From Hemiscyllium ocellatum (lineage: Eukaryota), in NCBI RefSeq assembly GCF_020745735.1, contig NC_083424.1:49834999-49898998 (forward strand): a stretch of DNA of 64,000 bases, in the 5' to 3' direction. The position numbers and the translations under genes were made by a program. Under the pieces are notes generated by a model. That model was not told the DNA's origin and did no database searches. It worked only from the letters and a program-made list of their open reading frames with translations. Of this stretch, positions 25,180 through 38,145 are shown piece after piece (the first letter of the stretch is position 1; every line of letters begins with the position of its first letter).

Positions 25180-28100
25180 AAGGGGAGTGTTACCTGGACT
25201 CAGTGTTTCAGGAGGCAGTGATGCTCCTTAGATTAACTACAGTTGTCAGGGACAGGAGGGTGTGACTATGAGTGAGGTGGTCCAAGGGATCCAGGAGATG
25301 CTGCTGAAGGAGCCTCAACCCTTGAGACTTTCTAACATGTTTGAGATTCTTGCTCCCTGTATTGCTGAGAACGGGGACTGTAGGGAAGATGAGCAAACTA
25401 ACCAAAGCACTGTGGTTCAGGGAACCATTCAAGAGGGGAGAGTAAAGAGAAGTGTAATTGTAACCAAGGATAGTATAGTCAGGGGAATAGACATTGCTCT
25501 CTGTGGTCAGGATTGAGAGTCCTGAAGACTGTGTTGCCTACCTAGTTCACGATATCTCACCTGGGCTACAGAGAAACTTGGAGTGGGAGGGGAACTATCC
25601 AGTTGTAATAGTCTACATAGACACCAACCATATCAGTAGAAAGAGGAAAGAAGTTCTGCTGAGGGAAAATGAGCATCTAGGGGCTAAGTTAAAAAGCAGA
25701 ACCACAAATGTAATAATCTTCAGATTATAACCTGAGCCACAAGTTAACTGACACAGGGTCAACAAGATTAAAGAGGCTGAAAGATTAGTGTTGGAGAAAG
25801 GGGTTCAAATTCATGGGACATTGGCACCAGTACTGGGGAAGGAGGGAGCTGTTCTGATGTTATGGGCTCCACTGGAAATATGCTGGGTCCACTGTCCTGG
25901 TGAATCGTGTAACTAAGGCTGCAGGTAGGGCTTCAAATTAAATAGTGGAGGGGTAGGGTTTAAATACATGGAAAGTAATGGAACAAGGGAGCGGGATAGG
26001 GCTCAGCAGAGATTATTAATTTTACCAGAACAAGTAATAGGACAGAGAGTATGGAAATGCTCAGGAATCTAAATTTCAGTTATAGCTGACAAGAGGACAA
26101 CTGTGAGAAAGGGGGTAGTCAATGCAGGACTGAGGGTGTTGCACTTAAATGCATGCAGTATATGAAACAAGGTAAATGAGTTTGTACTGCAGATGGAAAT
26201 CACCAGGTACAATGTTGTGGTCATCACAGAGACTTGGCTGCAAGGAGATCAGGGCTGGGAATTAAATTGATTGATTGGTGCAGTTATTGTCCCACATTTT
26301 TTTTGCAAATACAGTGAAAATATTATACAATGTCAACATAAAAATAAAAGTTCAACATTATAGTCATTCATAAGTACATAGCCTTGGGCCTGGATTCAGG
26401 CTCTTCCACCCCAACATGAAGCAGTCAGCTAGACTGGAGTACCTTCACCATGCCACTGCTGCAGTACAGTTGCCATTCGTCGGTGCCATCTTGACTCTAC
26501 TGTTGCCACTGCCCACTATGAGTCTGCACTGGGCTAATCTCAGCAATGCAGCCCTCACTGAAGTTGCCAAGTCTCATACCAGGCACTCAGCCCAAACCCG
26601 CCTCCCTCTGACATTTTTGTGAACACAACACAAACTCAACTCCCCCCACTCCTGGAGGGGACACAATCTTGCCTCCGATGCACTGGACCGGTTGATGCCG
26701 TCAGAGCTCTGTAAACATTCTGAGCTCCTTAAATCTTCGATGGGCTTACAAAATTAAAAAATCACACGACACCAGGTTATAGTCCAACAGGTTTAATTTG
26801 ATGCATTAGCTTTCGGAGCACTGCTCATTCATCAGGTGGTGATGAAGAAGCGGCGCTCCAAAAGCTAGTGTTTCCAATTAAACCTGTTTGACTTTAACCT
26901 GGTGTCATGTGATTTTTAATTTTGTACACCTCAGTCCAACACCGGCATCTGCATTCACATGGCAACTACACCAAAGAATGCACATCCTATTGAAGGGACA
27001 GCAGATGGGCAGAGGGGCCTTGTTAGTAAGACATGAAATTAAATCAATAGCAAGAAGTGATATAGAGTCAGAAGGTGTAGGATCTGTGTGGGCAGAGTTG
27101 AGAAACTGCAAAGGGAAAAAGGACCCTGAAGGGAGTTATGTACGGGGTCCCGAGCAGGAGTCAGGATATGGGACAGACAATAAATCATGACATTAAAAAA
27201 GCATGTAAGAGAGGCACTATTATAATAGTCAAGGGTGACCTCAATCTGGATTGGGATAATTAGGTTGCAGCAGATCCAAAGAAAAAGAATTTCTGGAATG
27301 CCTATGAAATGTTCTTGGGGCAACTTGTGGAAGAACCCACTAGGGAAGAGGAAATTCTGGATTTGTTGATGTGTAATGATGGGGACTTGATTAGGGAGCT
27401 TAAGTTAAGGTGAACAAACTCTGGAGTCAGGGCAGTGGCCATAATATGATAGAATTCAACCTGCAGTTTGAGAGGGAGAAGCTGAAATCAGATGTAGTGG
27501 TATCCGAATTGTATAAAGGTAATCTAAACAGGATGAGGGATTCTCAGAGTTGGTTGGAATGGCAGTCTAGCAGGAAAGATAGTGGAGCAGTAATGACAGG
27601 AGTTTCTGAAGGCAAATTGGGAGGCAGAGCAGAAATTCAACCCAAGGAAGAAGAAACCTACTAGCAGGAGGAATAGGTAACTATGGCTGACAAGGAAAGT
27701 ATAAAAGCAAAAGAAAAAGGATACAGTGCGGTGAAGATCAGTGGGAAGAATTTAAAAACCAGAAGAGGATACTGAAAAAGCAAAAGGGGGAGAAGATGGA
27801 ATATAAGGGTAAGTGGGCTAGTAATGTAAGAGAAGATTGGAAGAATATTTTTAGATATCTATAAGGTAAGAGAAAGAAAGGCAAGAGTGGAGTTGGAGCC
27901 ACTGGAAAATGAGGCTTGAGAAGTAGTAATGGGGAACAAAGAAATGGTGGAGGAACTGAATAGGTACCATGCATAAGTCTTCATGATGGAAGGCCCCAGT
28001 AACATATCAGAACTTCAAGAGAGTCGGGTACAGAGGTGAGTGGCAGTCACTAAAGAGAAGGTACTGGGGTAGCTAACAGGTTTGAAAATGGACAAATCAC

Positions 28101-28460
28101 CCAGACTGAATGGACTACACCTCAGGCCTCTGAAGGAGATAGCTAATGAGACAATGAAGTCAATGATGGTGGTCTTTCAGGAACCACTGGAGTTAGGGAG
28201 GACTGGAAAATGGCTTATGTAACGTGCTTGTTTAAGAAGGGAAAGAAGCAGAAGACAGGAAATGTATAGGCCGGTTAGCCTGAATGCAGTCATTGATAAG
28301 ATTTTAGAGCTCATTTTGTTAAGAATGAGATTGTGGAATACTTGGAATAATAAAACAGCACAATAAAACAGCATGGCTTTGTCAAGGAGGAACACCATTG
28401 ATAAATCTCTAGAATTCTTCAAGGAGGTAATGAGCAAGTTAGACAAAGAAGAGGCAATAT
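25180..28460 (+). mobile_element. Near full-length degenerate CR1 (ORF1 SGNH/esterase-like, ORF2 endonuclease, RT start) with nested inserts at ~26270-26955
   Basis: VIVTKDSIVRGID..VIVYIDTN.. (GDSIVRG-type ORF1); LNA.SI.NKVNE..YNVVVITETWLQ endonuclease start near 26140-26240; decayed RT downstream. Confidence 0.8.
26747..26952. repeat. Inverted pair of family B PLE terminal repeats (hairpin)
   Basis: AATCACACGACACCAGGTTATAGTCCAACAGGTTTAATT...AATTAAACCTGTTTGACTTTAACCTGGTGTCATGTGATT; both hammerhead cores partly degenerate. Confidence 0.75.
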
Positions 28461-29145
28461 TTCATGCAAAAAGATTTTTTTCGTGAAGTTAGATTTTTTT
28501 TTTAGTCACTTGTGGAATGTGGGCTTTGTTAACTGGCCAGCTTTTATTGTCCATCTGTAGTTGTCTATGTAATCCTAGAAATTTGTTCTGTGAAATCTTT
28601 TTGGGCAGGCAGTTCTAAAAGGATGATGGAGAGCATCAAATTCATCTTGTGATAAGAAAGGTAAGCTTATGAAGCAAATAAGTAGGAACATTCGCGAATT
28701 AAGAATGCAAGAACTAAATATAATGAAACGATGGAAGTTGTGAAGCCATTGGTTATCCTGGTTGATATTTTGTGTACAATTGTTTACAAAGTTTTTGACA
28801 AAATGCCACATATTAGATTGTTAGCAAAATTGAAGCCAAATGCGTTAAAAGAGCAGCATTATTATAAAATACCGCTCAGAAAAAGAATTGGAAATCATAG
28901 TACCCACCAAAACAGACCAAAGCACATAAATAGCAAGTGGGAAAAAACACCAGTATTTCAACAGAGGCTCACTGATGATGTTACCTAGCATGGTGATGAA
29001 ACATCTGACAACAAATCTACCAGCTCAGCAAGCAAATCTACAACCTGACAGTACACAGTACTCCAGCTCACCAGCACCCTGTACAGCCACAGCATGGCCT
29101 CCCTGTTTTTAAAACTCCCCCCTCCATTACAGAAGGACAATGAAG

Positions 29146-30050
29146 TGCGGCACGTGGTTAGCACTGTTGCCTCACAGCGCCAGGGACCCGGGTTTGTTTC
29201 CACCCTAGGGCGACTGTCTGCATGAAGTTTGTACATTCTCCCCATGTCTGCGTGTGTTGCCTCTTGGTGCTCTGGTTTCATCTCACAGTCCAAAGATGTG
29301 AAGGTGAGGGTGGATTGGCTGTGCTGGATTGTCCATGGTGTCCAGGGGTGTGCAGGCTGTGGTGGATTGGCTGTGCTAAATTACGCATAGTGTCCTTGGA
29401 TGTGCAGGTTAGGGTGGTTTGGCCATGCTAAATTATTCAGTGTCCAGGAGTGTACAGGTTAGGGTGGACTGGCAATGCTAAATTACCCATAGTGTCCTTG
29501 AATGTGCAGGTTAGGGTGGTTTTGGCCATGCTAAATTACTCATAGTGTCCAGGGATGTACAGGTTAGGGTGGATTAGCCATGCTAAATTACCCATAATGC
29601 CCAGGGATGTGCAGGGTTGCGTGGTTAGGCCATGCTAGATTGCCCTTGGTGTCCAGGGATGTGCAGTTTGGAGTGGTTTGCCCATGCTGGATTACCCGTG
29701 GTGTCCAGGGATGTACGGATTGGGGTGGATTGACCCTGCTGGGTTGTCCATGGTGCCCGGGGATGTACAAGTCAGGGCGGTTTGGCCATGCTGGGTATGC
29801 CTGTGGTGTTCAGGGATGGATTGGGTTGGGGTGGATTGGCTGTGCTTGATTGCCCATGGTGTCCGGGGATGTGTAGGTCGGGCTGGATTGGTCATGAGGG
29901 ATTACCCATGGTGTCCAAGGCTGTATAGGTTAGGTGCATTAGTCAGGGTAAAATGTAGAGTAATAGGGTAGGGGAATGGGTCTGGATGGGATACTCTACA
30001 GTGGGTCAGTGTGGACCTGTTGGTCCGAAGGGCCTGTTTCCACACTGTTA
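29146..30050 (+). mobile_element. HE1/V-SINE with internal tandem amplification
   Basis: tRNA-like head at 29146-29205 and normal 3' end at 29940-30050 enclose a minisatellite. Confidence 0.85.
29295..29945 (+). repeat. Minisatellite of ~12 diverged 52-bp units plus a partial unit
   Basis: Consensus GATGTGCAGGTTAGGGTGGATTGGCCATGCTAAATTACCCATAGTGTCCAGG, derived from the SINE core. Confidence 0.88.
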
Positions 30051-30519
30051 GGATTCAATGATTCTTGATTCTATGTCTAAAAGACAAGATGCAGAGAATA
30101 ATAGTGATTTGTTCTGGTTCAAACCACAGAATAGTATATAGAGAAATTTTGCAGGGATTCGTATTAGGATCACTGTTGTTTTTAATCTGCATTAATGACC
30201 TGGATTTAGATATACATCGTACAATTTCAATGATTGCGGATAATCCCAGACTCAAAAATATAGTAAGTGGTGTGGAGCGTATAGACTGGCTAGAGAAATG
30301 ACCAGAAAGTTGACAAATAAAATTTAACACAGAGATGTGAAGAGCAACAGCTTTATCAGAAGAATGCAAAATAGTCATATAAATTAAGTGGCACAATTAT
30401 AAACGAAAGTCTAGGTCAGATAAGCTCAGAGGCATAGGTACATAAATCTTTGAAGGTGACAGCACATGTTTCAAGCACGTTATATTCAGGACCAATGATT
30501 TAATAAACAAAGACAATGA

Positions 30520-32840
30520 ACTATTGGAGGCAGATGTTCACAGGTAAACGGACGGCTGGAAAATGGGAAGCCTTCAGAAATGAGATAACAAGAATCCAGA
30601 GAAAGTATATTCCTGTCAGGGTGAAAGGGAATGCTGGTAGGTACAGGGAATGCTGGATGACTAAAGAAATTGAGGGTTTGGTTAAGAATAAGAAGGAAGC
30701 ATATGTCAGGTATAGACTGGATAGATCGAGCGAATCCTGAGAAGAGTATAAAGGCAGTAGGATTATACTTAAGAGGGAAATCAGGAGGGCAAAACAGGGA
30801 CATGAGATAGTTTTGGCAAATAGAGTTAAGGAGAATCCAAAGGGTTTTCACAAATATTTTAAGGATAAATGGGTAACTAGGGAGAGAATAAGGTCCCTCA
30901 AAGATCTTCGAGTAAGGGTAGGGCTGAACCCAAGAGGACTGACTGTCCACCGGCCGACTGGCGCCCGTGCCTCCCCCCCCGGAGGTCAACCTGGCGCCGG
31001 GTGCTGAACCCAAGAGGACTGACTGTCCACCGGCCGACTGGCGCCCGTGCCTCCCCCCCCGGAGGTCAACCTGGCGCCGGGTTGCTGTAAGGCAGCCTTT
31101 GTGTGGATCAACAGAAAATGGGGGAGAATCTAAATGAATATTTTGCATCAGTATTTACTGTGGAAAAGGATATGGAAGATATAGACTGTAGGGAAATAGA
31201 TGGTGACATCTTGCAAAATGTCCAGATTACAGAGGAGGAAGCGCTGGATGTCTTGAAACGGTTAAAAGTGGATAAATCCTCAGGACCTGATCAGGTGTAC
31301 CCGAGAACTCTGTGGGAAGCTAGAGAAGTGATTGCTGGGCCTCTTGCTGAGATATTTTTTCATCGATAGTCACAGGTGAGGTGCCGGAAGACTGGAGGTT
31401 GGCAAATGTGCTGCCACTGTTTAAGAAGGGCGGTAAAGACAAGCCAGGGAACTATAGACCGGTGAGCCTGACCTCGCTGGTGGGCAAGTTATTGGAGGGA
31501 ATCCTGAGGGACAGGATGTACATGTAAATCTTGGAAAGGCAAGGACTGATTCGGGATAGTCAACATGACTTTGTGCATGGGAAATCATGTCTCACAAACT
31601 TGATTGAGTTTCTTGAAGAAGTAACAAAGAGGATTGATGAGGGCAGAGCAGTAGATGTGATCTATATGGACTTCAGTAAGGCGTTCAACAAGGTTCCCCA
31701 TGGGAGACTGATTAGCAAGTTTAGATCTCATGGAATACAGGGAGAACTAACCATTTGGATACAGAACTGGCTCAAAGGTAGAAGACAGAGGATGGTGGTG
31801 GAGGGTTGTTTTTCAGACTGGTGGCCTGTGACCAGTGGAGTGCCACAAGGATCGGTGCTGGGCCTCTACTTTTTTGTCATTTACAGAAATGATTTGGATG
31901 CGAGCATAAGAGGCACAGTTAGTAAGTTTGCAGATGACACCAAAATTGGAGGTGTAGTGGACAGCGAAGAGGGTTATCTCAGATTACAACAGGATCTGGA
32001 CCAGATGGGCCAATGTGCTGAGGAGTGGCAGATGGAGTTTAATTCAGATAAATGCGAGGTGCTGCATTTTGGGAAAGCAAATATTAGCAGGACTTATACA
32101 CTTAATGGTAAGGTCCCAGGGAGTGTTGCTGAACAAAGAGACTTTGGAGTGCAGGTTCATAGCTTCTCAAAAATGGAGTCGCAGGTAGATAGGATAGTGA
32201 AGAAGGCATTTGATATGCTTTCCTTTATTGATCAGAGTATTGAGTACAGGAGTTGGGAGGTCATGTTGTGGCTGTACAAGACATTGGTTAGGCCACTGTT
32301 GGAATATTGCGTGCAATTCTGGTCTCCTTCATATCGGAAAGATGTTGTGAAACGTGAAAGGGTTCAGAAAAGATTTACAAGGATGTTGCCTGGGTTGGAG
32401 GATCTGAGGTACAGGGAGAGGCTGAACAGGCTGGGGCTGTTTTCCCTGGGGCATCGGAGGCTGAGGGGTGACCTTATAGAAGCTTACAAAATTATGAGGG
32501 GCATGGATAGGCAAAGTCTTTTCCCCGGGGTCAGGGAGTCCAGAACTTGAGGGCATAGGTTTAAGGTGAGAGGGGAAAGATATAAAAGAGACCTAAGGGG
32601 CAACTTTTTCACACAGAGGGTGGTACATGTATGGAATGAGCTGCCAGAGGATGTGGTGGAGGCTGGTACAATTGCAACATTTAAGAGGCATTTGTATGGG
32701 TATATGAATAGGAAGGATTTGGAGGGATATGGGCCAGGTGCTGGCAGGTGGGACTAGATTGGGTTGGGATATCTGGTCGGCATGGACGGGTTGGATCGAT
32801 GGGTCTGTTTCCATACTGTACATCTCTATGACTCTATAAC
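30520..32840 (+). mobile_element. CR1 LINE, 5'-truncated, best-preserved copy (339-aa RT ORF at 31531-32550)
   Basis: SQHDFVHGKSCLTNLIEF, YMDFSKAFNKVPH, SGVPQGSVLG, FADDTKIGG; (CTATGA)n tail. Confidence 0.95.
30923..31082. repeat. Perfect 2 x 80-bp GC-rich tandem duplication in a foreign insert (30907-31088) within CR1
   Basis: 30923-31002 and 31003-31082 are identical by eye; 58/80 GC, 7 CpG per unit. Confidence 0.9.
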
Positions 32841-32984
32841 TGAAAGCAAGAAAGTTATCTTAACCTTTTTAAAATCATTGATTGGACAAAATATTGCTTT
32901 CAGTTTTGGCAACCACATTTCAGAAACGATAACAAGACTTTGAACTAGCCAACATTTAGTAAGTTAAAAAGTCTCTTTGGTTAA

Positions 32985-33155
32985 GTCACCTGTTAAACCA
33001 ACAGGTTTAATTGGAAGTGCCGTTGTTTCGTCAGGTGATTGTGAAGGAGCAGCGCTCCAAAAACTAGTATGCTTCCAATTAAACCTGTTGGTCTATAACC
33101 TGGTGTTGTGTGATTTTAACTTTGTACACCCTAGTCCAACACCGGCATTTCCAAA
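32985..33155. mobile_element. Family B PLE repeat, partial inverted pair
   Basis: CCAACAGGTTTAATTGGAAG...CTTCCAATTAAACCTGTTGG; degenerate core. Confidence 0.65.
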
Positions 33156-34186
33156 TCATAACTTTTAGTAATGTAAGGAGACCAGAGAAACTGGGAGATT
33201 TCTCTCTAAGAGCAGTGAAGGTTAACACAAGTTTATTAGATGTCCAAAATCATGAAGCATTTTGGTGCATAAATAAGATAAACCTATCTAATGGGAAATT
33301 TGAAATGATCTGGAATGCGTTGCATAGAATGGTGATAGAAGCCAAATTGGTATTAAACTTTGAAGGGAATTGTATTGACAGGCAATGCGAAAAGCAAGTA
33401 TCTATATAGCTCTTTTAAGCAGCTGACACAGGAACGATTGCAAAGTGACTTTCAGTGACATATTGTTGTATCTCTCTTTGTTTCACTACCAGTTGTTCAT
33501 TGACAACGTGACATGCATTTGTGAAAGTTAGCCAAGAATTTCCTTGTGGGTTCTCTTGGTTCATACCAAACTGCCACAGACACCCCTGGCAAAAAAAAAT
33601 TACTTTATTTCATCTTGAAAATGGCCTTAGCCTAATACAGTTGGTGCGAGCCTCTCAGTTGGATCGTATTAGCATCAAGATTCAATCCATGGGCTTGATC
33701 ACAAAATTTATGTGTGGGAGTTGCAATCCATTTGATCAGTCATTGAACTGCAGCACAGGCCACTTTGCCAGGTGGAGTGATAGATTGTAACAGCACTAAT
33801 CAATGAACAGGAGATGAAGACTCCACAAATATCCCCATCCTCACTGATGGAGGAGCCCAGTACATCAGTACAAAAGAGAAATCTGAAATACTGGCATTGG
33901 TCCTCAGCCGGGAGTGCCAAGAAGATGAGCTAACTTGACCCTCTCCTCGTGGCCCCAATAATTTGATTCACTTCACAGGATAATAAGAAATGACTGAAGA
34001 CATTGAATACTACAAAGGCTATGGGCCTTGCTAATGTCCTGGCAATAGTAGTGAAGACTTGTGTTCCTAACTGTGCACTTAGCCAACTGTTTCAGTACAA
34101 CTATAACATTGGCAACACGAGAAAATTGCCTGAATATGTCCTATGCACAAAAAGAACAATAAATCCAACCCAGGTAGGAGCAAGTT

Positions 34187-34880
34187 ACTGCAGATGCTGG
34201 AATCTATACTGAAAACAAAAGGTACTAGTGATTACAGGAGGTCTGGTAGTATCCATGGAGAGAGAGCAAACTAACGTTTCAATTTCAGATCTGACATGAA
34301 GTGTGGAGAGGGCAGCATTTCTGCTATAGTTGGGGGATGGGCGAACGGGAGAGGAGAATGGTGACAGAGAACCTAACAATACAGCCAGAAGAAACGGAAG
34401 ACAGTCTGTGCTTGGCATGCTGCAGTGCTCCAGTGAATCACAGCGCAAACTGGAGAACAACATCTCATCTGCAGATTAGGCACCTTACAACCTTCAGGAC
34501 TTAATATTGAGTTCAATGCCTTCAAATTGTCAACCATTTCCGATTTCTTCCCTTTGTTTTAGCTCTAACTGTTACATTCTGTTATCACATCCTCTCAGTC
34601 CTCCGCCCACCCCAATGAGTCTGTCTGTCCTTTCAAATCTGACAGTTAAACACACCATTGTACTGTCATTCTCATCTTCCAATTACTTAATTTGAACTAT
34701 GAATATCCTTTGTCCTCCAGCACTCCACCTCCCCACAATCCCTCCCCCACACACATACACACACAAAATTAAATGTTGTCCTTTCCACACCTCACATTAA
34801 CTCGAGTGAAGAGTCATCTGGACTCAAAATATTAGCTTCCTCTCTCTTCCCATGGATACTGCTTGACCCACCGTGATCTC
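34187..34880 (+). mobile_element. Older PLE 3' remnant with inverted 5' repeat
   Basis: GIY-YIG C-terminal remnant (..RKLENNISSAD*APYN..) and degenerate hammerhead at ~34800-34832; matches 22391-24815. Confidence 0.6.
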
Positions 34881-34909
34881 CATGAATCCAACCCAACTAC
34901 ATACCACCC

Positions 34910-35482
34910 TGTGAGAAACAGAGCTCACAATATAATAAATTTCAATCGGAGTCAAATTCTGAAGCAGTGAATTTTATTGAAACGTTCTTGCAAGAAGGGG
35001 TGACTACCAAGTAGCCACACGATCCAGAAATTACGCCATAATTTATACAGTTTAATTCTTGGTACTTCCCCATTTACCTCATTGGCCTCCAAACCTACTG
35101 ATATTCCTTACTGTGTTCTGCCTCTATCCAGCTGTGCTCGCCCTTGTGTACTTCTCCCCCTACTCCAAGCTGGGCGACACTCCCCCCTATAAGTGACTTG
35201 GCTCACTTTAGTGCTGACATGAGGGAAATTTGCTGAGCTTGGAATATCTTGATGTTCTTTTTCAATTTATCTATTTGACTGTAACATCTTCCATTGTTTG
35301 CAGGCACATTCCATTCTTGTATGCACATTTTAGCTAACTCAGAAGAAACGATGTATCCCTTTACATAGTTTTCATTCTTGTACGTACATTTTAGCTAACT
35401 CAGCTCTTTGCTGAAACAATTATACACTGGTGTAGGTTAGTTCATTCACCTTGCATAAGCAATCGTGGTTGCAGGAATAACA
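34910..35482 (-). mobile_element. Probable solo LTR (~573 bp)
   Basis: Minus strand begins TGT and ends ACA; TATAAA at ~35042-35047 and AATAAA at ~34974-34979; internal 31-bp direct repeat (35312-35342, 35373-35403). No clean TSD seen. Confidence 0.5.
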
Positions 35483-35555
35483 CTGCTTTACCCATATCCC
35501 GCAACCCTATTAGTGGATCATTGATGTGTTATCAAATGACACTTGAAAAGGAATA

Positions 35556-35782
35556 GGTAAAAACAATGACTGCAGATGCTGGAAACCAGACTCTGGATCA
35601 GTGATGCTGGAAGAGCACAGCAGTTCAGGCAGCATCCAACGAGCAGCGAAATCGACATTTCGTGCAAAAGCCCTTCATCAGGAATAAAGGCCCTGATGAA
35701 GGGCTTTTGCCCGACACATCGATTTCGCTGCTCGTTGGATGCTGCCTGAACTGCTGTGCTCTTCCAGCACCACTGATCCAGA
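35556..35782. mobile_element. Inverted pair of family A PLE repeats with 15-bp TSD
   Basis: ACTTGAAAAGGAATA at 35541-35555 and 35783-35797; arms pair over ~95 bp around a ~9-bp centre. Confidence 0.88.
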
Positions 35783-38145
35783 ACTTGAAAAGGAATAACC
35801 AACTCGCTGATACTCAGATTAGGTTCCATCAGCACCATTCAGCCTCTGACCTCACAATAGCATTGATCCAAAGATGGACATAACAGTTAAATTCCATAGG
35901 TGAGGTGTGAAACACAGCCGCTGACATCAAGACCTCATTTGAACAAGTCAAGTGTCAAGGAACCCCAGCAAAACTGGAGTCAATGGGAATCGAGGGGAAA
36001 TCTGTTTGGAGTCAGACCTGGTACATAAGAAGATAGCTATGGTTGTTAGGGAGCAATCATCTCAGTGCTAGGACATCTCTGCAGGAGTTCTTCAGGGTAC
36101 TGTCCTAGGCCCAAACATCTTCAGCTGCTTCATCAACGACCTTCCCTCCATTGTCAGAGGAGAAGTCGGTATGTTTGCTGATGATTTCACAAACTTCAGC
36201 ACCATTTCTTTAGACTCTGAAGCTGTCTGTGTTCACAGGCAGCAAGACCTGGACAACATCCAGCCCCTGCTAAGTGCACAATTAATATTCATACCATATA
36301 AAAGCCTGCCAATGATCAGCTCCAACAAAAGGGAATGTAACTATCTCTCATTGACTTTCAATGGCATTACCATTGTTGAATCCCCCAACATCAAATGCCT
36401 TCAGGTTACTGTTAACCAATAAGTAAACTTGACCAGCAATCTAAACAATGTGGCTACAACTGCAAGTCAGAGGTTAGGAATTCAGTGGTGAGAGACCAGG
36501 AAATCTCCTGTCTCCCCAAAGTCTTTAGATAAAGAGTGAAGTTGGAGGACAAAATTGCCTGCGAATTTATGATATACCTGATAGGGTACCATACATAATG
36601 CCAGTAACATGAACAATTATTATCAAGAAATAGTCTGCTGTTTAGAATTTGCTTTTTAAATATCTTCCAATGATTCAGTGCAAGTATCCAAAATAACATG
36701 ATCATCTGGCTGGGACAGAGAGTGCTTTCCTTTTACTTTACTGTTCAGTTAAGTGCACCTCAGATGTGCACTTGTGATGCCAAAGTATACAAGCTAATAG
36801 GTTAATGCTGGAAAATGAGATTTGAGTAGTAAAATGGTGCTGTTGACCAGCACAAATACATTTGGTGAATGGGCCTTTTTCTGTTCTGTAGGTTTTTATG
36901 ATTCTATGATTCTAAGTGAAATCCCCACTTTTGTATGATGGGATGTTTGTTCTCAAAAAATTAATAAAAATTACAGAAGAAAATAACAAGAATAAAAATA
37001 TCCAAAGTGTACAGAACATTTTGGGAAATGGGAAAATAGAGTTAGGCTATTTCAGCACATTATAATCTTCCAGATATCATACCCAGGTGTTTACAACACC
37101 CATACTAAATAACTGTATACATTCATATACAGCCTTTCAGCTGTTCAACTCTTTAAGAAGCATAGTTGTTGTCACAGAGTGATCCAGAATGGAAACCGAC
37201 CTTTCAGTCCAATTCATCCATGCTGACCACGTTTCCAAACTATAGGAGTCTCACTTGGCGTCGAAGAGTGAGCCCAGTATGTGGAAAGAATGCACCACTT
37301 TTCCTGGGCAAATGACACTGGGGCAGACAAAAGCAACAAGCAATTCTCTTGACGGCATGTAGACCCACAGCTTTTTTGGTTATTGGGAGCCTAACGTTGC
37401 CTGAGGCACCAGATATTAAAACCTTTCAAAAGTTGACAAATTTAGTAAAGGAATATTATGACCTCAAGCCTCCTCTAACTCTGAGATGCTATCACTTTTA
37501 CTCTGCATTTCAAATACAGGAGAACCATACTGGGATTTTTGACGAGGTTAAGATAACTGGCAGAGGCATGTGATTTTGGTTTAACCCTAGATGAGTTGCT
37601 GAGAGACCATTTGGTATGAGGGATTAATGATGTGACCATACAGAAGTGCCTACTAGCTGAAAACCACCTGAACTTCAAACAGGCACTACTACTAGTTTTG
37701 TCATTAGAAAATGCAACAATGGAGCTCATGAGTTGCAGAGCATTCCGAAGGACATGTATACCCTTGACAGGGTGACTGAGCATAAGTACAAACAGTTGCA
37801 TAGCCTCACTCAGGACATATCCTGAACAGAAGGACTCTAGGTCAGCCCACAATAAAACCCCAAAACAAAGCCAATCCTCAGCCAAATGGTTAAAATTTTC
37901 TTCAGGATCTGGGTCACAGGCCATTGTAGCTACTGCAGGTATGTGGACTCAAGATAGCAAAAGATATCCCACCAGGTCTGAATTGAGTTAGAAAACTCAT
38001 AGATCAGTATCCAGGAGACTGCAGGAACTGGAACAGTTCAATTGCTTAGCAACATCTAAATCTGAACCAATCAAAATAAACATCTGGTTAAATGGTCGCT
38101 AAGTTCTCATGGCAGTGCTGCAGATCCTGTCTTTACCAAAATTCA

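Larger units (their letters stand above)
33760..36480 (+). mobile_element. L2-like LINE RT region fragmented by nested insertions
   Basis: TTKAMGLANV.., GVLQGTVLGPNIFSCFINDL, MFADD motifs in separated pieces. Confidence 0.6.

Noticed and set aside
29295-29945. CRISPR-like array
   Set aside because: Contiguous tandem units with no unique spacers, derived from a SINE core in vertebrate DNA.
30907-31088. HDV-like ribozyme in the GC-rich insert
   Set aside because: The best P1 has two mismatches and no 3' P2 partner could be found on either strand.
31531-32550. 339-aa ORF as a host gene (also ORFs at 13655, 17211, 20573, 38109)
   Set aside because: These are CR1 or Rex1 reverse-transcriptase fragments with broken flanks.
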